Part shown: one piece after another, positions 60,805-64,000 of the stretch
Position numbering within the stretch: the stretch's first letter is position 1
How the letters are laid out: each line of letters opens with the position of its first letter
Source: Gemmatimonadota bacterium
Lineage (GTDB): Bacteria > Gemmatimonadota > Gemmatimonadetes > Gemmatimonadales > GWC2-71-9
Reading direction: 5' to 3'
Assembly: GCA_036679645.1 (NCBI GenBank)
Contig: JAZDCY010000056.1
Span: 93,820-157,819 of the forward strand
Length of the DNA: 64,000 nucleotides
Translations under genes and position numbers: made by a program
The notes under the pieces: generated by a model
The model's input: only the letters and a program-made list of their open reading frames with translations
What the model was told of the DNA's origin: nothing
Database searches by the model: none

Positions 60805-61758
60805 CTAATGTAGGCCGGCGATCAGGTGGTGCAACGCCTCGCGCCCAACGACATCGGTCTCCTGCAAGCGCACACGAAGCAGCGGGTACGCCCCGAGGTC
60901 CCGTTCGATGCGCTCCATGTACTCGCGCTCGCGCTCGCGACGGCGCTCGATGAACGCCCCTTCCGCGCTGTCGGGAATGATACGATTGATCACGACCGCC
61001 CCAATGGGAATACCGTGTGCGGCAAGCGCGGTAGCTGCCTTCTCCGTCTCGAGAATTGGGAGTCGTTCGGGGATGAGCACAAACACGAACGCGGTCCGCT
61101 TTGCATCTGTGAGGACCGTGCGAACGCGCGCAAACCGGGCGCTCCGCTCCTCGAGCGCTTCCAGCACGCGGTCGCTCCGGCGCTCGGCATGGTCCTCGGT
61201 CCCTGCCACGCGCTGCCACATCCGGTTGAGCGCGTTCACCTTCTTGCGTCGCCCGATGAGGGCACTCATCCACGCGTGCATGTGTTCGGGCAACCCGAGC
61301 AGGCGCAGCGTGTGGCCGAGCGGTGCCGTGTCGAAGATCAGGCGGTCGTAGCGGCTGCCCTCAACCTCAATGAGAGTCGTAAACCGATCGAACAGGGCCG
61401 ACTCCTCCGCACCGGGCGTCAATCTCGCAATGTCGATCTGCCGCTCGACTTCCTGGACGAGACGCGGCGGGGTCGACTCCGCAATCCGCTCCTTTACGTC
61501 GCGGATGTAGCGGTCGGCTTCGGCGGTGGGGTCGATCTCCAGCACCGTCAGATTCGGGATGACCTCAGTTGGCTCTGCGCCGAGGCTGATCTCGAGCATA
61601 TCACCTGTGGAATGCGCTGGATCGGTCGAGACCAGCAGGGTCTTTTCCCCCCGCTCCGCAGCGTATTGCGCCACCGCCACCGCGAGCGTGGTCTTGCCCA
61701 CGCCGCCTTTCCCCCCGAAGAAGAGCAACCGGCGCTCGAGGAGACGATCGACGGTCAC
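60805..61758 (-). CDS. ArsA/GET3-family ATPase (single domain, no cysteines)
   Basis: GGKGGVGKTT, STDPAHS, PGAEE, FDTAPLGHTLRLL. Confidence 0.9.
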   Translation of the reverse strand: MTVDRLLERRLLFFGGKGGVGKTTLAVAVAQYAAERGEKTLLVSTDPAHSTGDMLEISLGAEPTEVIPNLTVLEIDPTAEADRYIRDVKERIAESTPPRLVQEVERQIDIARLTPGAEESALFDRFTTLIEVEGSRYDRLIFDTAPLGHTLRLLGLPEHMHAWMSALIGRRKKVNALNRMWQRVAGTEDHAERRSDRVLEALEERSARFARVRTVLTDAKRTAFVFVLIPERLPILETEKAATALAAHGIPIGAVVINRIIPDSAEGAFIERRREREREYMERIERDLGAYPLLRVRLQETDVVGREALHHLIAGLH

Positions 61759-61762
61759 CGAG

Positions 61763-62035
61763 TCAACAACAGCGGAAACCGCCGTCCGGCGCGTGCTCCA
61801 TTCCCAGCCGCAGGTGCCACTCGTGGAACTGCTCGATCAACTCCGGATACAACTCGAGCGTGTAGAACCCAACCGGGTTGGGGACGCCGATGAGGTCGGC
61901 GAAACCCAGCAGAAAGAAGAGATCGCGCTGCCGGAGATACTCGCGGTAGATCTCCGCCCGATAAGGCGCGATGAAGATCCCCTCGTAAATATCCCGCGCC
62001 GCCCGTAGCTTGGCCCGTATTTTCGACCACGACAT
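61763..62035 (-). CDS. Small CstA-associated protein ending Cys-Cys-stop (cory-CC-star-like)
   Basis: DLFFLL...GVPNP...YTLEL.P.L...FHEWH.R.GM...GFRCC*. Operonic with the ArsA-like gene and cstA. Confidence 0.8.
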   Translation of the reverse strand: MSWSKIRAKLRAARDIYEGIFIAPYRAEIYREYLRQRDLFFLLGFADLIGVPNPVGFYTLELYPELIEQFHEWHLRLGMEHAPDGGFRCC

Positions 62036-62131
62036 CCGCTCGCTCCTGATGATGCTTCCGCCGGCCAGTCGCCCACGTCATATATACCGCAGAAGTGCCG
62101 CCGCAATGCCCGCTCAGATCAGGAGGACGAT

Positions 62132-62620
62132 GTGACCAGTCCCGATTCCGCCACCGCAACCGCCGGCGTCACGGAACGCCTCGAGCGCCTGGAGCGCTCC
62201 GACCGACGTACGCAGATCGCCGCGCTCGGCCTCACCGCACTCGTGGTCTTCGTCGGATTCCTCCTGCCCCTCATGCGGCAGGAGGTCGCTGCCCAGACAT
62301 TTGTACTACGCTCCGGTGGCCACACCCGTGCGTTGCTCACGGTGACGCCGTCGGGTGCCCCGGCGCTCTCGTTCTTCGATCGGGATGAGAATGTGCGCGC
62401 TGATTTGTCGCTGCGCGAGGACGGATCACCCGGTCTGGTCCTGATTGACGAACACGGTCGCGTCCGTGGAATGTTCCGGCTCACACCAGAAGGCGTCCCG
62501 AGTATCGTGTTCACCGATCTGGAGGGCCAGCCGCGTGCCGCAATGGGCCTGCCGACCGACGGCCTCCCCGCCCTCGTCCTCCTCGGAGACAGCGGACGAG
62601 TACGGTACATGACGCCATAA
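62132..62620 (+). CDS. Membrane-anchored protein with ~22-aa beta repeats
   Basis: AGGAGG RBS, short coiled coil plus TM, then four G.P.L.(F/L).D..G..R repeats. Confidence 0.7.
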   Translation: MTSPDSATATAGVTERLERLERSDRRTQIAALGLTALVVFVGFLLPLMRQEVAAQTFVLRSGGHTRALLTVTPSGAPALSFFDRDENVRADLSLREDGSPGLVLIDEHGRVRGMFRLTPEGVPSIVFTDLEGQPRAAMGLPTDGLPALVLLGDSGRVRYMTP

Positions 62621-62634
62621 TGGCGCATGCACGT

Positions 62635-63864
62635 TCATCCCAACTCGGCTGCCAAGGCGTGGCACTCGTCCTCGGTCAGGAGACGGTCGGCTTGCTTGGC
62701 CGCCGCAAAGATTCGTTCACAGAGCACCTCGTCGTTGGGGTCGTATCCGTGCTCCTCGAGCCAGCATTTCACGTTGGAGAGCCCGGAGACGGGCGAGATC
62801 TCGATCCGCTGACGCGCCCCGAACGAGGCCGCCGGGACGCTCGAGTACACGCGGTCAGCCAACCAGTCGTCGCCTTTCCGGCGGGCCTTGATGATAGCCG
62901 CCGCGTGCACCCCCGTCCCGGTCCGGAACGCGTCATCGCCCATCACGGGGTAGTTGCCCGGAAGCGGAGCACCAATCGTCTCGGCCGCCAGCGCGCAGTA
63001 TTCGCGCAGCGCCGTGACACTCTGCCGGTGGGTACCGAGGAGATGCAGGTTCACAATCAGCAGATCCATTTCGGCGTTCCCCACCCGTTCTCCCACACCA
63101 AGTGCCGTCGCGTGCACGCGGTCTACACCAGCCTCGATGGCAGCCAGGCAATTCACGACCCCCATACCGCGGTCTCGGTGCCCATGCCAATCCACCTTCA
63201 CGTCTTCACCGGACGGGGCAACGATTTCGTCTATGACGAACCGTACGAGCCGTCGCACGCCGCTCGGCACCGCGTGGCCCACGGTGTCGCAGAGACAAAT
63301 ACGCCGCGCCCCGCAGCGGATGGCGTTTCCGTACAACGCCTCGAGCGTCTCCGGGCGTGCCCGCGTCGTGTCCTCCGTCACGTACATGACCGGAAGACCC
63401 TCCTTCACCGCGAAGGTCACCGCCTCCTCGCTCACCCGTAGCATCTTCTCGAGCGTCCAGTTCTCTGCGTACTGCCGGATGGGCGAGGAGCCAATGAAGG
63501 TCGCCACTTCGATCGGGATTCCGACCTCCTGCGAAATGCTGACGACTGGCTCGACATCGACGACAACCGTGCGTGCCGCACAATTGGGGAGGATGGGGAG
63601 ACGCTGGTCGGCGATCTCCTTCGCCAGCGCGCGAACCGCTGCTACCACGCGCGGACCCGCACCCGGTAGCCCGATGTCGGCTGCGACGATGCCGAGGTCC
63701 GCCATGAGGTGCAGAAAGTGCTTCTTCGTCTCGATGGGCGGGTCGATGGCGGAAGGAGATTGCAACCCGTCGCGCAGCGTCTCGTCGTTCAGGTCGACAG
63801 TTGCCGCCGTCCAATCGAACGCCGGGTCGGCGTTCCAATCGTAGATCAGCTCGGATTCCTGCAT
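62635..63864 (-). CDS. LeuA-family (2-isopropylmalate/homocitrate synthase-like) DRE-TIM enzyme lacking the regulatory domain
   Basis: DETLRDGLQ, EDTTR, CDTVG, HGHRDRG, GERVGN, GVHA. Confidence 0.88.
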   Translation of the reverse strand: MQESELIYDWNADPAFDWTAATVDLNDETLRDGLQSPSAIDPPIETKKHFLHLMADLGIVAADIGLPGAGPRVVAAVRALAKEIADQRLPILPNCAARTVVVDVEPVVSISQEVGIPIEVATFIGSSPIRQYAENWTLEKMLRVSEEAVTFAVKEGLPVMYVTEDTTRARPETLEALYGNAIRCGARRICLCDTVGHAVPSGVRRLVRFVIDEIVAPSGEDVKVDWHGHRDRGMGVVNCLAAIEAGVDRVHATALGVGERVGNAEMDLLIVNLHLLGTHRQSVTALREYCALAAETIGAPLPGNYPVMGDDAFRTGTGVHAAAIIKARRKGDDWLADRVYSSVPAASFGARQRIEISPVSGLSNVKCWLEEHGYDPNDEVLCERIFAAAKQADRLLTEDECHALAAELG

Positions 63865-63932
63865 AGTGCTGAATGTCCAACGGAGAACACGCATTGTCCA
63901 TCCGGACAGACGATGCGCGTTGATCCCGACCG

Positions 63933-64000
63933 CTACGTCGGGCCGTCGACTCCTGCACGTGTGCTGCGACGCTCCAGGAGTACCACGTCACGCCACATAC
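63933..64000 (-). CDS. 3' end of a phosphinothricin/ArsN1-like GNAT acetyltransferase (partial)
   Basis: MWRDVVLLERRSTRAGVDGPT* matches the WRDVVLLERRS C-terminal motif of this family. Confidence 0.6.
   Translation of the reverse strand, partial: MWRDVVLLERRSTRAGVDGPT

Noticed and set aside
60805..61758. Arsenic resistance ArsA
   Set aside because: Single domain, no cysteines for As(III) binding, and no arsB/acr3/arsC/arsR adjacent.
61755..61771. Selenocysteine read-through of TGA after Cys-Cys
   Set aside because: Read-through would run out of frame over the ArsA-like gene. I saw no convincing SECIS, and CC-stop is a natural family ending.

Overview
High-GC bacterial chromosomal window, probably Gemmatimonadota. 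This is inferred from the expanded Hanks-kinase family with the RL..A.A.RY.IE..(L/I)G.GGMATVYLA.D.KH.R.VA.KVLRP N-terminus and from gene content. Left to right it holds: the end of a type IV minor-pilin cluster; a lone Y1/HUH transposase (RAYT-like) between 41-bp palindromic inverted repeats; a kinase-TPR gene; yfcE and ubiE/menG; an ECF sigma envelope-stress operon; and a GNAT-DinB fusion. Next is a ~13.7-kb cluster (12.6-26.4 kb) with an exported metallophosphoesterase, two exported atypical kinase-like domains (one fused to and one beside an Omp85-type barrel), a membrane Ser/Thr kinase, HtrA and two NTT/TLC ATP-ADP translocase homologues. This cluster is the best candidate for an undescribed system: ATP-fed extracytoplasmic phosphorylation. 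The rest comprises mrp/nrnA, an AGCS symporter with a Tat-exported aminotransferase, tandem kinase-propeller paralogues, guaB, a tungstate/Moco operon, ETF/acyl-CoA genes, a CC-star/ArsA-like/CstA operon and a LeuA-family synthase. Four genes carry apparent deletions or frameshifts. I saw no rRNA, tRNA or CRISPR array. All product calls come from recognising motifs by eye, and no database searches were run.
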